From the NCBI GenBank assembly GCA_965208575.1, contig CBDBOV010000005.1, forward strand, positions 1,056,001-1,120,000: a stretch of DNA of 64,000 nucleotides, in the 5' to 3' direction. This stretch comes from Spirochaetia bacterium. Its GTDB lineage: Bacteria; Spirochaetota; Spirochaetia; SZUA-6; Bin103. The notes below the pieces were generated by a model. That model was not told where the DNA came from, did no database searches, and worked only from the letters and a program-made list of their open reading frames with translations. The position numbers and the translations under genes were made by a program. Position 1 is the first letter of the stretch. The number at the start of each line of letters is the position of its first letter. Below, one piece after another: positions 9,784 through 18,861 of this stretch.

Positions 9784-11265
9784 CTACTCGGTGTCCGGCT
9801 CCCATATGCGGCTCTCGCGCGCGTCGAAGAAGCCCTCGTTGGTGGGTTTGAGCTTCCAGGTCTCGACCGCGCGCAGCGTCAGAGGCGGCGTGAATGGCCG
9901 GCGTCCGAACAGGTAGCCGCGCAACTCGCCTCCGCCGTCGCGATACGCCGTGAACACCGTCAGCAACGCCTGGCGGCCGTTGACGAACACTTCCACCAGG
10001 TACTTGTCGACGAAGATGCGCAGTTCCAGGGGTTCGCCCGGCGGCAGGTCGGCGACGGCGAACGGCGCCTCGGTGTCGCCGGCACAGATGGTGCCGGCCT
10101 CGGGCCGGATCAGCACCGGCAACCCTTCGTGGTCGTCGTCGGCGAACAGCAACACACCGAAGCGGCGGCGCTCCGCCTCGGCCCGATCCACCGTGACCCG
10201 CACCTCGAACGCGTCGCCGTCGAGCGAAGCGATGGTGGTGGTGCCGTCGACCACGATGTCGCGCCGTGTCACCGGGTCGTGGCGCAGCGACTCCAGTTCG
10301 CGCAGGGGTTCGATGCGCAGCGTGCCGTCGTCATGCAGGCTCAGTTCGCGCGGCAGCGACTGCACGCTCTTCAGGTCGATCGTCGGGTCGGCCGTGCACA
10401 GCCACGCCCACATCACGCGCCGCCCGTCAGGGGTCAGTACGCTCTCGGGCGCGAAGAAGTCGCGGTACACCGGCTCGGTGAGCGACTGGCCGGGGCGCCG
10501 CCAGTTCATGCGCCCGTGCACGTGCGGCACGAATTGTTCCGCCTCGGCGTCCCAGTCGCCCAGGTAGTAGCGGCAGCCGATCTGATGGCTGATGCACAGC
10601 AGCATCCACGTGCCGCCGAACGGGAACAGGTTGGCGCACGAGGTGTCCTCGCCGATGGCGACGTCGGGCAGGTAGCGCTGCAGCAGCGGTCCCACGTAGC
10701 GCCAGTTGACCAGGTCGGTGGAACTGACCAGCTCCAGGTTGTCGCCGGCGGAGTAGGCGTAGTAGGTGTCGCCCACCTGGAACAGGTCGGGGTCGCCGGC
10801 CAGCACCACCCGTTTGCCCTCCGGCACGCCGGTGGGCAGCACCGGGTAGGGCTTGCTCCAGCCGCTGAGCTGGTTGTCGTCCGCCACCGTGATGTAGCTG
10901 CGGCCCGGATCGGACAGCCCCGGGTAGATCGCCGCCGGCTTGCCCTCCTTGGTGATGAAACCGGTGCCGCTGAATATGCCGTGACCGGCGAAGCTCGGTT
11001 GCAGCTTGGTGGTGTGCCAGGTCCAGTGCAGCATGTCCGGGCTGGTCACGTGAATGAAGCTGAACGATGAGTTGCCGTCGCGCAACCGCGCCGTGCCGCC
11101 CTTCCAGGGGTGGCGCAGAATGTAGTGCAGGTGATAGACGCCGTCCAGGCAAAAGGCGACGTTGGGGTCGCCCGGGGCGCTGTCCTCGCCCGGGTGCATC
11201 AGGTGGAAGTTGAGTGCCAGTTCGTCGGTCACGGTACTGTCGTCGAAACCCTTGTTGGTTGCCAT
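9784..11265 (-). CDS. Glycoside hydrolase family 32-like protein
   Basis: GDPNVAF, FSGTG, FFAPES-DGRRVMWAW, SLPREL and LRIFVD-VEVFVN (five-bladed propeller plus beta-sandwich). Confidence 0.8.
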   Translation of the reverse strand: MATNKGFDDSTVTDELALNFHLMHPGEDSAPGDPNVAFCLDGVYHLHYILRHPWKGGTARLRDGNSSFSFIHVTSPDMLHWTWHTTKLQPSFAGHGIFSGTGFITKEGKPAAIYPGLSDPGRSYITVADDNQLSGWSKPYPVLPTGVPEGKRVVLAGDPDLFQVGDTYYAYSAGDNLELVSSTDLVNWRYVGPLLQRYLPDVAIGEDTSCANLFPFGGTWMLLCISHQIGCRYYLGDWDAEAEQFVPHVHGRMNWRRPGQSLTEPVYRDFFAPESVLTPDGRRVMWAWLCTADPTIDLKSVQSLPRELSLHDDGTLRIEPLRELESLRHDPVTRRDIVVDGTTTIASLDGDAFEVRVTVDRAEAERRRFGVLLFADDDHEGLPVLIRPEAGTICAGDTEAPFAVADLPPGEPLELRIFVDKYLVEVFVNGRQALLTVFTAYRDGGGELRGYLFGRRPFTPPLTLRAVETWKLKPTNEGFFDARESRIWEPDTE

Positions 11266-11377
11266 AGCGATTGGCCGCGAGTGTAGGCGCGGCCGCCGGT
11301 CATCGCAACCACGCCGCAACGCGCCGGCCGCTGCCGTCGAGCGCGGCGACGCGGGTGATACGCGGTGTCATGCGCTG

Positions 11378-12037
11378 TCAGAACGCGATGCCCAGGTCCA
11401 GTCCCCAGCCGAAGGAGAAACCGGAGAAGGCGGCGCTCGCGGTTCGCTCGAGATCGGCCGAGATGCCCTCGGCCTCGGTGGTCAGGTAGTGATAGGCCAG
11501 GCCCGCGCGCGGCGTGATCGCGATCAGCCCCAGCAGCACGCGGTAGCCGACGTGCACTCCGCCGCCGATCTTGAAGGTGTCCACCTCCAGGTCCTCCGCG
11601 TCCTTGTCTGCAAGCGCACTGCCCTTGAAGGTCGCGTACAGGTAGCCGGGTTCCACCGATCCGCCGACGAACAGGCCGACGGGCGCCCGGTCGGTCAGGA
11701 AGTAGTTCGCTCCCAGGGCGCCGGAAATGGACCAGAGCTCGTAATCGTCCGGCTCCACCCCCGCGATCTCGAACAGTGCGCCGAGCAGACTGCCCTTGGC
11801 ATTGAAGTAGGTGGGCACCACGAACACGCTCCACTCCTCGTCGAGCGCGATTTCCAGCGACCCGCTGTAGATACCGACCAGCGGTCCGAACAGGTTCAGC
11901 CCGAAGACGCCGGTCGCGGACCGGCCTTCCTCGGTACTGGCGTGGGTTTGTGCGAATCCCGCCGTCGCGACCGTGAGCATGCACGCCGCGACCAGAAGAC
12001 GGGAAACGGGGGAGCGAGTGCTCCGCGTCTCCTGCAT
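11378..12037 (-). CDS. Outer-membrane beta-barrel protein (DUF3575-like)
   Basis: Signal peptide ending FAQ, alternating amphipathic strands, C-terminal GLDLGIAF. Confidence 0.6.
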   Translation of the reverse strand: MQETRSTRSPVSRLLVAACMLTVATAGFAQTHASTEEGRSATGVFGLNLFGPLVGIYSGSLEIALDEEWSVFVVPTYFNAKGSLLGALFEIAGVEPDDYELWSISGALGANYFLTDRAPVGLFVGGSVEPGYLYATFKGSALADKDAEDLEVDTFKIGGGVHVGYRVLLGLIAITPRAGLAYHYLTTEAEGISADLERTASAAFSGFSFGWGLDLGIAF

Positions 12038-12112
12038 GATTGTCCCCCTCCCAGTGGACGCAGGAAACATACCGGCCGGCGGGCGCTTGTTTCTACCCGT
12101 CCGGCGGATGTT

Positions 12113-12298
12113 TGTGGTTCAATCCGCAAAAAGAACGCTCGCCGCGTGTGGATAACATGTGGATGAAGCGGGCAACGGCGGCGGCCAACGGGGCAGTCGG
12201 CGACGGCAGGTCATGCAGTCCTGGTCGTCGGGCGCCAGTTCAATACGACAGACTGTCAAAAATACCGTTTGGTCGGAATGTGGATAACATGTGAACGA
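12113..12298. promoter_or_regulatory. Cluster of DnaA-box-like 9-mers
   Basis: Perfect TGTGGATAA at 12147-12155 and 12279-12287, each followed 2 bp later by a degenerate copy (12158-12166, 12290-12298); a weak copy at 12113-12121. Confidence 0.6.
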
Positions 12299-12338
12299 GT
12301 GACGGCGTGGCGTACCGAGCGGTCGAAATGAACGCAGG

Positions 12339-14012
12339 TCAGAAGCGGTGCGAGCCGGTAAGGCTCGGATCCCAACGCTCGGCGGTCAGCATGCTGAAGG
12401 CGGCATCGAGGGCGGACGGCGTGCCGAGTCGGCGCAGGGCGGCGAGCACCACCGTGGTCACTTGTCCACACGGATCGTCGAGGGCGGCGATCAGGTCCGA
12501 CTCCGCGTCCGCGGCGCGGCGGCCGAGGCGTGCCAGGGAGGTGGCGGCGTTGAAGCGGACCTGGTCGCGGACGCACCAGCCGCGCACCAGCGGCGTGTCC
12601 CAGCCGGGTCGCTCCTGGTGCAGCAGCCTGCCGAGGGGGCCGGCTGCCTCGGCAGCCGCGATGGTGCCGAGGGAATCCGCCGCGGTGCGCACCACGAAGT
12701 GCGAATCGTCCGCGAGCGCGCGTGTCAGGGCTGGTACGGCGGCGCCCGCCGCGTGATCCATCTCGCCGAGCGCAAAGGCGGCGTTTACCCGCGACCACTC
12801 GTCGTGGTCGTCCGCGAGCAGGTCGATCAGCGCCGGAATCGCGTCGCTGCCGATGGCTGCCAGCGCGTGGGAGGCGTCGTCCATCACCAGCGCCTGCTCG
12901 CGCCACGTACCGCCGTGATTGCCGCCTCCGACGCCGCGCAGCAGGTGGGGCAGGGCGGCCCCGGACCCGCGCAGTGCATCGGTCAGTGCGGGTATGGCGG
13001 GCGAGCCGATGGCGCCGAGGGCATAGGTGGCGGCAACGCGCACCGAATCGGGCTCCCGGTTGAGGCAGGCGATCAGCGCCGGAATCGCCGCCACCGCCTC
13101 CGCGCCGCCGTGCGCCAGCGTCTCGGCAGCCGCCACCCGGTCCGCTGCCGGACCGGCGGCCAGCCGCCGCTGCAGGCCGTCCTCCGCCGAGCCGGCGGCG
13201 CGTGTCTCGCCGTTGGCCCGTGCCGCGCCGCCCGCGGCGAAGCTGGCATAGCGGTGCGGCGCGCCGCGCAGCCAGTCCCACAGGTGGGACCAGGCCATGT
13301 CCAGGCGGTCATGGGTGGACAACTCCCGCGGACCGCGCCAGGTCCACTCCGGACCGGACCAGCCGTTCGCCATCGGGGCCGCCGAGCGCATGTAGATGAA
13401 CTTCACCATGAAGCGGCGCTGCGCGGTCACGTTGACGCCGGCGGCGTGCCCGACGTCGAAGTGGGTCAGGCTCACGAGACCGGCCGGACCGCTGACCGGG
13501 AACTGGTGCGCCTTGTCGGCGTCCGACAGCCCCCGGTTCAGGTGGGTGCCGGGGATCACGTGCGTCGGGCCCAGCTCGGGCGGCGTATCCTGCGGGTAAT
13601 ACATGACGCGCACGAAGCGGAGATGGTGATGCCTCGGTCGCCCCAGCGGCGTGTAGGAGTCCTGGTGGCTGTTGGCGGCCAGCTTGGCCGCATGGTCGAC
13701 GCCGCCCAGATCCTGCAGCGCCTCGATGTGGCAGAAGCGGTGCGGGTGCTCCAGGTAGCCGGGACCGAGCAGGGTGAGCAGGGCGCCGCACACCTCGGGC
13801 GACTCCAGCACGTGGCGCATCTCCGGCACCAGCGGCAGGACGTTGTTGCCGGGGTTGTCGGTGCCGGGAATCGCCTCGGCCAGCTTGCGGTAAATGGTCC
13901 GATGCAGTTCTGCCGGCACCGAAGGCTTCAGCACCAGGAACCCGTCGGCGATGAACCGGTGCACCTGCTCGGCGGTCAGCGGGACCGGCTTCGTACCTGT
14001 CGTGGCTACCAT
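12339..14012 (-). CDS. Phytanoyl-CoA dioxygenase (PhyH)-family domain fused to HEAT repeats
   Basis: FIADGFLVL, HQD (HxD), GPTHVIPGTH and a distal His; C-terminal repeats of the type VRVAATYALGAIG / AVPALTRAL. Confidence 0.8.
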   Translation of the reverse strand: MVATTGTKPVPLTAEQVHRFIADGFLVLKPSVPAELHRTIYRKLAEAIPGTDNPGNNVLPLVPEMRHVLESPEVCGALLTLLGPGYLEHPHRFCHIEALQDLGGVDHAAKLAANSHQDSYTPLGRPRHHHLRFVRVMYYPQDTPPELGPTHVIPGTHLNRGLSDADKAHQFPVSGPAGLVSLTHFDVGHAAGVNVTAQRRFMVKFIYMRSAAPMANGWSGPEWTWRGPRELSTHDRLDMAWSHLWDWLRGAPHRYASFAAGGAARANGETRAAGSAEDGLQRRLAAGPAADRVAAAETLAHGGAEAVAAIPALIACLNREPDSVRVAATYALGAIGSPAIPALTDALRGSGAALPHLLRGVGGGNHGGTWREQALVMDDASHALAAIGSDAIPALIDLLADDHDEWSRVNAAFALGEMDHAAGAAVPALTRALADDSHFVVRTAADSLGTIAAAEAAGPLGRLLHQERPGWDTPLVRGWCVRDQVRFNAATSLARLGRRAADAESDLIAALDDPCGQVTTVVLAALRRLGTPSALDAAFSMLTAERWDPSLTGSHRF

Positions 14013-14099
14013 GCCGTTCACGTTGCCCCGCCCGCCGCCGTCGGTCAATACCCATGTCGCCGGCCAGGCTGCCGGAGGTCCGCGGCGCCCGCGTCCGCC

Positions 14100-15158
14100 T
14101 CAGGCCGCCGTGCCGGTGCGCGGGTCGACCGGCTGCCCGGTGCGGGCGCTCTCATACATGGCCAGAACGATATTGACCGCCTTGCACGCCTCGGCTCCGT
14201 CGACGGCCGGCACCAGGCCCCCCTGCAGCGCCCGCGCGAAGTCCTCGAACTGAGCCTGGTGCCCCTCGATGCCGATGTCGGCCGGGTTCGAGGCACCGCC
14301 CGCGCCGGCCTCGCCCTGGCCGTGGCGGGCGCGAATGGCGGCGTCGCCCGGATGCTCGTCGGCGAACGTCCAGTGCTCCAGGCGGTCCTGCACCGATGCG
14401 ACGCTGCCGGCGGTGCCGTATATCTCGACGCGCTGCGGGAATCCGGGCCAGGCGGCGGTGCAACCTTCGATGGTGCCCAGGGCGCCGTCCGCGAACTGCA
14501 CCACCGCGGCGCCGGTGTCCTCCACCTCGATGCCGTGGTGGCCGAGCGTGGCCGTCGCGCTGATCACGCGCGCGGCCGGCCCCATGAACCACTGCAGCAG
14601 GTCGATGGCATGGATCGATTGATTCATCAGTGCGCCGCCGCCGTCCAGGCGCCGGGTGCCGTGCCAGCCGCCGTCGTCGTAGTACTGCTGCGTGCGATAC
14701 CACTTGACAGAGGCGTCGCCGAGCACGACGCGGCCGAGGCGACCGGCGTCGACCGCCTCCTTGATGAGGCGCGACACCGGCAGGAAGCGCGACGGGAAGA
14801 TACCCGCCACCGTGACGCCGCGCCGGTCGGCCGCCTCCAGGAGCCGCGTGCAGCGCTCCCGCGTCACCTCCAGGGGCTTCTCGACAATCAGGTGCTTGCC
14901 GGCGTCGATCGCCGCCAGGGCCGGCTCCAGGTGAGCGCCCGACGGGGAGCAGATCGACACCGCCTGCAGGCCGGGGTGGCGCAGGAACGCCGTCATGTCG
15001 CCGTAGGCCGCACACCGGTGCCGGGCGCCGAACTGCGCGGCGCGCGCGGCGCTGCGCGAGGCGCACGCCACCAGTTCGGCGCCGCCGGCCGCGTGCAGCG
15101 CGCGGGCGTGAAAGTCGGCGATCATCCCGAGGCCCACGACGCCGAAGCCGATGCTCAC
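14100..15158 (-). CDS. Gfo/Idh/MocA oxidoreductase
   Basis: GLGMIA, CSPSGAH, EKP and GGGALMNQSIHAID. Confidence 0.9.
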   Translation of the reverse strand: MSIGFGVVGLGMIADFHARALHAAGGAELVACASRSAARAAQFGARHRCAAYGDMTAFLRHPGLQAVSICSPSGAHLEPALAAIDAGKHLIVEKPLEVTRERCTRLLEAADRRGVTVAGIFPSRFLPVSRLIKEAVDAGRLGRVVLGDASVKWYRTQQYYDDGGWHGTRRLDGGGALMNQSIHAIDLLQWFMGPAARVISATATLGHHGIEVEDTGAAVVQFADGALGTIEGCTAAWPGFPQRVEIYGTAGSVASVQDRLEHWTFADEHPGDAAIRARHGQGEAGAGGASNPADIGIEGHQAQFEDFARALQGGLVPAVDGAEACKAVNIVLAMYESARTGQPVDPRTGTAA

Positions 15159-15297
15159 GCCGGCTCCGTCCCGATGCGTTCCTGCATCATCACTGCTCGT
15201 CTCCTCCTGCCGGGGATCCCGGTTGGTGGCGCGCATGGTACGGCGTGCGCCGCCGCCTGTTCAATGCGTGGACCGCGGCTGCTATGCTCGGGCGGCA

Positions 15298-16299
15298 ATG
15301 AGTGGGACCATCAGCGTAATGCAGTTCGGCTGCGGCCCGATCGGGTGCAGCATCGTGCGGCTGGCCGCACGGCGCGCGTCGCTGTCGGTGTGCGGAGCAG
15401 TCGACATCGACCCGGCACTGGCCGGGCGCGACCTCGGACAGGTGGCGGCCGCGGGCGGTACGCGGGGAGCGCTGGTCCATGGCGACGCGCGCGCGGCGCT
15501 CGCCGAGTTGCGTCCCGACCTGGTGTTCCACTCCACCGGCTCGAAGGTGGCCGAGGTGTACGAACAGCTCGCCGTGATCGTTGCGGCGGGCGCCAACGTC
15601 GTTTCCACCTGCGAGGAGCTGGCGTTCCCGGCGTACCGTGATCCCGAGCTGGCCGATCGGCTGCACGCGCTGGCGGTGCGCCACGGCGTGGCGATCCTGG
15701 GCACCGGGGTCAATCCCGGCTTCCTCATGGACACGTGGCCGCTGTTCATGTCGACGCTGTGTGCGGACGTGCGGCGGGTGCGCGTGGTGCGCGTACAGGA
15801 CGCCTCCGGGCGCCGGGTTCCGTTTCAGCGCAAGATCGGCGCCGGCCTGTCGGTGGCCGAGTTCGAGACCGCGGTGGCCGGCGGCGCGTTCGGCCACGTG
15901 GGGCTGCAGGAATCGGCCGCGATGCTGGCGGCCGGCCTGGGCTGGCGCCTGGACCGGATCAGCGAATCGATCGAGCCGGTCGTGCTCGACCGCGAGGTGC
16001 GCAGCGCACACGTGACGGTCCCGGCCGGCACGGTCGCCGGACTGAAGCAGGCGGCGGTCGGCACACGCGCCGGCGAAGCGGCGGTGGAATTGGAGTTCGA
16101 GGCCTACCTGGGCGCGCCGCGCTCCTACGAGACCGTGTCGCTGGCCGGTACGCCGCCGTTGGAAGTGACCATCGAGGGCGGCACCCCCGGCGACACCGCC
16201 ACCGCCGCCATCGTGGTCAACAGCGCGCCCGCGGTGGCCGCCGCCGCCCCCGGCCTGTACAGCATGAACGACATGCCCGTGGTGGGCTGCACGGCCTGA
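15298..16299 (+). CDS. 2,4-diaminopentanoate dehydrogenase / DapB-like NAD(P)-dependent amine dehydrogenase family protein
   Basis: GCGPIG, VSTCEEL, LGTGVNPGFLMD and GDTATA motifs. Confidence 0.75.
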   Translation: MSGTISVMQFGCGPIGCSIVRLAARRASLSVCGAVDIDPALAGRDLGQVAAAGGTRGALVHGDARAALAELRPDLVFHSTGSKVAEVYEQLAVIVAAGANVVSTCEELAFPAYRDPELADRLHALAVRHGVAILGTGVNPGFLMDTWPLFMSTLCADVRRVRVVRVQDASGRRVPFQRKIGAGLSVAEFETAVAGGAFGHVGLQESAAMLAAGLGWRLDRISESIEPVVLDREVRSAHVTVPAGTVAGLKQAAVGTRAGEAAVELEFEAYLGAPRSYETVSLAGTPPLEVTIEGGTPGDTATAAIVVNSAPAVAAAAPGLYSMNDMPVVGCTA

Positions 16300-16308
16300 C
16301 CTGCAATG

Positions 16309-16346
16309 CAGCAGGCCGGCTCCCCGCGCGGGAAGCCGGCCTGCTG
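16309..16346. terminator. Hairpin between convergent genes (probable bidirectional terminator)
   Basis: CAGCAGGCCGGCT ... AGCCGGCCTGCTG 13-bp inverted repeat. Confidence 0.6.
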
Positions 16347-16372
16347 TTCATGACCGCGTAGTCGGTGGGAAC

Positions 16373-17047
16373 TTAGAAGCTGAAGCGCACGCCGAGTTCG
16401 GCGCGGTGCGCCATCAGGGTCGGCTTGACGTACCTGTCTTCGTCGTCGGGGTCGGTAACCTGAGTCTCCAGGGTGCCGAAGAACTTGTAGCCGAGGGTAA
16501 GCGCCACCGCGTCGATGATCTCGTACGCCACGCCGAGGTTGGCCTGGTAGGCAAAGCCCCAGCCGCTGCCCTCGAAGCTGGGATCGGTGTCGTCGTTTCC
16601 GTCATCGAGCTTGACCGCCAGGTTGACGGCGCCGGCGCCGATGCCGATGAACGGCACGAACGGGGTGCCGGTGTCCAGGTCGAAGAAGCCGTTGGCCAGC
16701 ATCGACATCACGGTGAGATTGTCGTCGGCCTTGTTGTCGTCATCGATCTCGTCGTCGTGCAGGAAATTTGCGGACTGGAAGGAGAACTCCGCCTCGGCGC
16801 GAAAGTCGCCGAAGTCGTAGCCCGCGGAACCGCCGGCGCCGAAGCCGAAGTCGAGGTCCCAGTTGGCCTCCTTCTGGTTGCCGTCGATTCCCTTCTCGGG
16901 CACTTCCTCGATATCGGTTATCAGCGTGATCCCGCCGCCGGCGGCCACGTAGAAGCCGGTGCCGGCCATCATCATGTCCTGGGCGAACAGGCTCGCGCCC
17001 GGTATCGACAGCAGCGCGACGGACAGGAGCGTAGCGAATGTGCGCAT
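16373..17047 (-). CDS. Outer-membrane beta-barrel protein (OmpA-TM/opacity-like)
   Basis: Signal peptide, GFYVAAGGG, FRAEAE, PFIGIGAG, FAYQ and C-terminal GVRFSF. Confidence 0.8.
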   Translation of the reverse strand: MRTFATLLSVALLSIPGASLFAQDMMMAGTGFYVAAGGGITLITDIEEVPEKGIDGNQKEANWDLDFGFGAGGSAGYDFGDFRAEAEFSFQSANFLHDDEIDDDNKADDNLTVMSMLANGFFDLDTGTPFVPFIGIGAGAVNLAVKLDDGNDDTDPSFEGSGWGFAYQANLGVAYEIIDAVALTLGYKFFGTLETQVTDPDDEDRYVKPTLMAHRAELGVRFSF

Positions 17048-17137
17048 GTATTGGTGCCTCACTTGGAGTCGGATAAGCGGGAAAGTACAGGATTTTTCCA
17101 TGTACGGCAATCGAAGGGAAAATCGAAGAGTGCGCGG

Positions 17138-18214
17138 TCACGGCGCCGAAATCGGGACCGGTTGCACACGTTTCGACGCCTGCTCGACGCGGCTGACGTG
17201 CAGCTTGATCGTTGCCGCATCGCTGCTCGCCCGTTGCACCGCGGCGGCCGTTTCGGCCATCGGCATGACGCCGGTGATCAGCGACTCGACTTCGATGCGG
17301 CGCGCGGCCAGCAGCGCCGCGCCGACCCGAAAGGCGCCGGCAAAGCGGAACGATCCGACCACGCGCAGCTCGCGCGCCATGATGGTGTTGAGCGGCGCCG
17401 CGAACGGTTGTTGCAGGGTGCCGATCTGCACCACGGTTCCGCCCGCGGCGGTGTGCTGCAGCGCCCACCGGAACGATGCCTCGGCGCCGGCGGCCTCGAA
17501 GGTCACCTCCGGGGCGCCGCCGTTCGCCATCGCGCGGGCTGAGGCCTGTTCGTCGCCGGGATCGAGCACCGCGTCGGCACGTGCGGCCGCCGCCTCCCGC
17601 GCCGCGCCGCGCGGGTCGCTCACCACCACCCGCACGGCGCCGAGCGCGCGCGCCACGGTGGCCACCAGCAGGCCGATGGTGCCGGCGCCGCTCACCGCCA
17701 CCACCTTGCCGGCGACGCCGTCCGCGCGCAGCACGGCATGGCATGCGACCGCCAGCGGCTCCAGCAGCGCGCCCACCGCGTAGCTCAGGTGGTCATCGAG
17801 CCGGTAGCAGTTGGCCGCCGGGACCGCCTTCAGGCCGCACAACACGCCGTCGGTGGGCGGGTCGGTGGCGGCGCTGCCGAAGTAGCGCATCTGCGGGCAC
17901 AGGTTGGAGCGCCCGCGCCGGCACCACGAACAGCGCAGGCACGCCCGCGACGGGTCCACCGCCACCCGGTCGCCGACCGCGATGCCGCCGGCCGCGCGCC
18001 CGACCGCGACCACCTCGCCGGCGAACTCGTGGCCGAGTATGAACGGACGCGACGGCACGAACGCGCCGACCCGCCCGTGCCGATAGTAGTGGATGTCGCT
18101 GCCGCAGATGCCCACCCGCTCCACGCGTACCAGCACCTCGTGGTCGTCCGGCCGCGGGTCGGGGCGCAGTTCGCGGCGCAGATCGTGCGTGCCGTGCAAT
18201 ACCCAGGCGTCCAT
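17138..18214 (-). CDS. Zn-dependent polyol dehydrogenase (L-idonate 5-dehydrogenase / sorbitol dehydrogenase family)
   Basis: GICGSD, GHE, structural Zn CxxCxxC..C, EPLAV, GAGTIG and GSFRF. Confidence 0.85.
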   Translation of the reverse strand: MDAWVLHGTHDLRRELRPDPRPDDHEVLVRVERVGICGSDIHYYRHGRVGAFVPSRPFILGHEFAGEVVAVGRAAGGIAVGDRVAVDPSRACLRCSWCRRGRSNLCPQMRYFGSAATDPPTDGVLCGLKAVPAANCYRLDDHLSYAVGALLEPLAVACHAVLRADGVAGKVVAVSGAGTIGLLVATVARALGAVRVVVSDPRGAAREAAAARADAVLDPGDEQASARAMANGGAPEVTFEAAGAEASFRWALQHTAAGGTVVQIGTLQQPFAAPLNTIMARELRVVGSFRFAGAFRVGAALLAARRIEVESLITGVMPMAETAAAVQRASSDAATIKLHVSRVEQASKRVQPVPISAP

Positions 18215-18331
18215 CGCCGCCCACTCTATACCAGCCGCGTGCGCGGCGCGACCGCGGCGACCGGCGTGCGACCGTGCGCCGAGCGACCGAGCGACCGCAA
18301 GTGATCGCATAACGCCTATACTGCACCGGTC

Positions 18332-18775
18332 ATGACCGCATCTCCGGCCCGGCGCACACCGGTCAGCGTCCGCCGTGCCCGAATCGTCGATACGCTCCTG
18401 ATCGCCCTGGTCGTGTTCGACCTCGTCGTGGCGGTCGGCGCATTCCTGTTTCCGCAGCTCTGGTACCGGATCCTGCACGGCGCCGAGCACGTGGATCCGG
18501 CGGGTCTGCTGAGGCGCACCGGAGCAATCTGGGTGGCGTTCACGGTCGTGCAGGTGCTCGCGCTGCCGCGCTGGCGTACCGCTCCCCACTGGCTGGTCCT
18601 GGTGTGCGGCATCCGGCTCAGCGAGCTGTTCGCCGACTGGACCTGGCTGGTGTTCGCCGAGCAGGTGACGCCGTTCGGCACCGCCGCGCTGCTGTTCACC
18701 CTGCCTGCCAACCTGCTGATCTGCTGGTTTCTGTTCGCCACCTACCGGCACGCGGTGCGGGAGCGCTCGGAGTAG
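18332..18775 (+). CDS. Small integral membrane protein (about 4 TM), unknown function
   Basis: Hydrophobic helices; sits upstream of the epimerase gene; TATACT 9 nt before the ATG. Confidence 0.6.
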   Translation: MTASPARRTPVSVRRARIVDTLLIALVVFDLVVAVGAFLFPQLWYRILHGAEHVDPAGLLRRTGAIWVAFTVVQVLALPRWRTAPHWLVLVCGIRLSELFADWTWLVFAEQVTPFGTAALLFTLPANLLICWFLFATYRHAVRERSE

Positions 18776-18861
18776 CCGGGGATGCGATCCACCTGCGGGC
18801 CGGGCCCGGCGCGGCCCGCGAGCGGCGTTCGAGTTGGCGGCGGTCGCCGCTCGCGGGTGCG

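Noticed and set aside
12070-12339. Definite oriC call
   Set aside because: Few boxes, no clear AT-rich unwinding element and no replication genes nearby; kept only as a DnaA-box cluster
12348-15641. 1097-aa plus-strand ORF and many similar long R/A/G-rich ORFs (e.g. 54-1916, 1862-4093, 57777-60212)
   Set aside because: They overlap well-supported genes on other frames or strands, have no motifs, and are expected at this GC content
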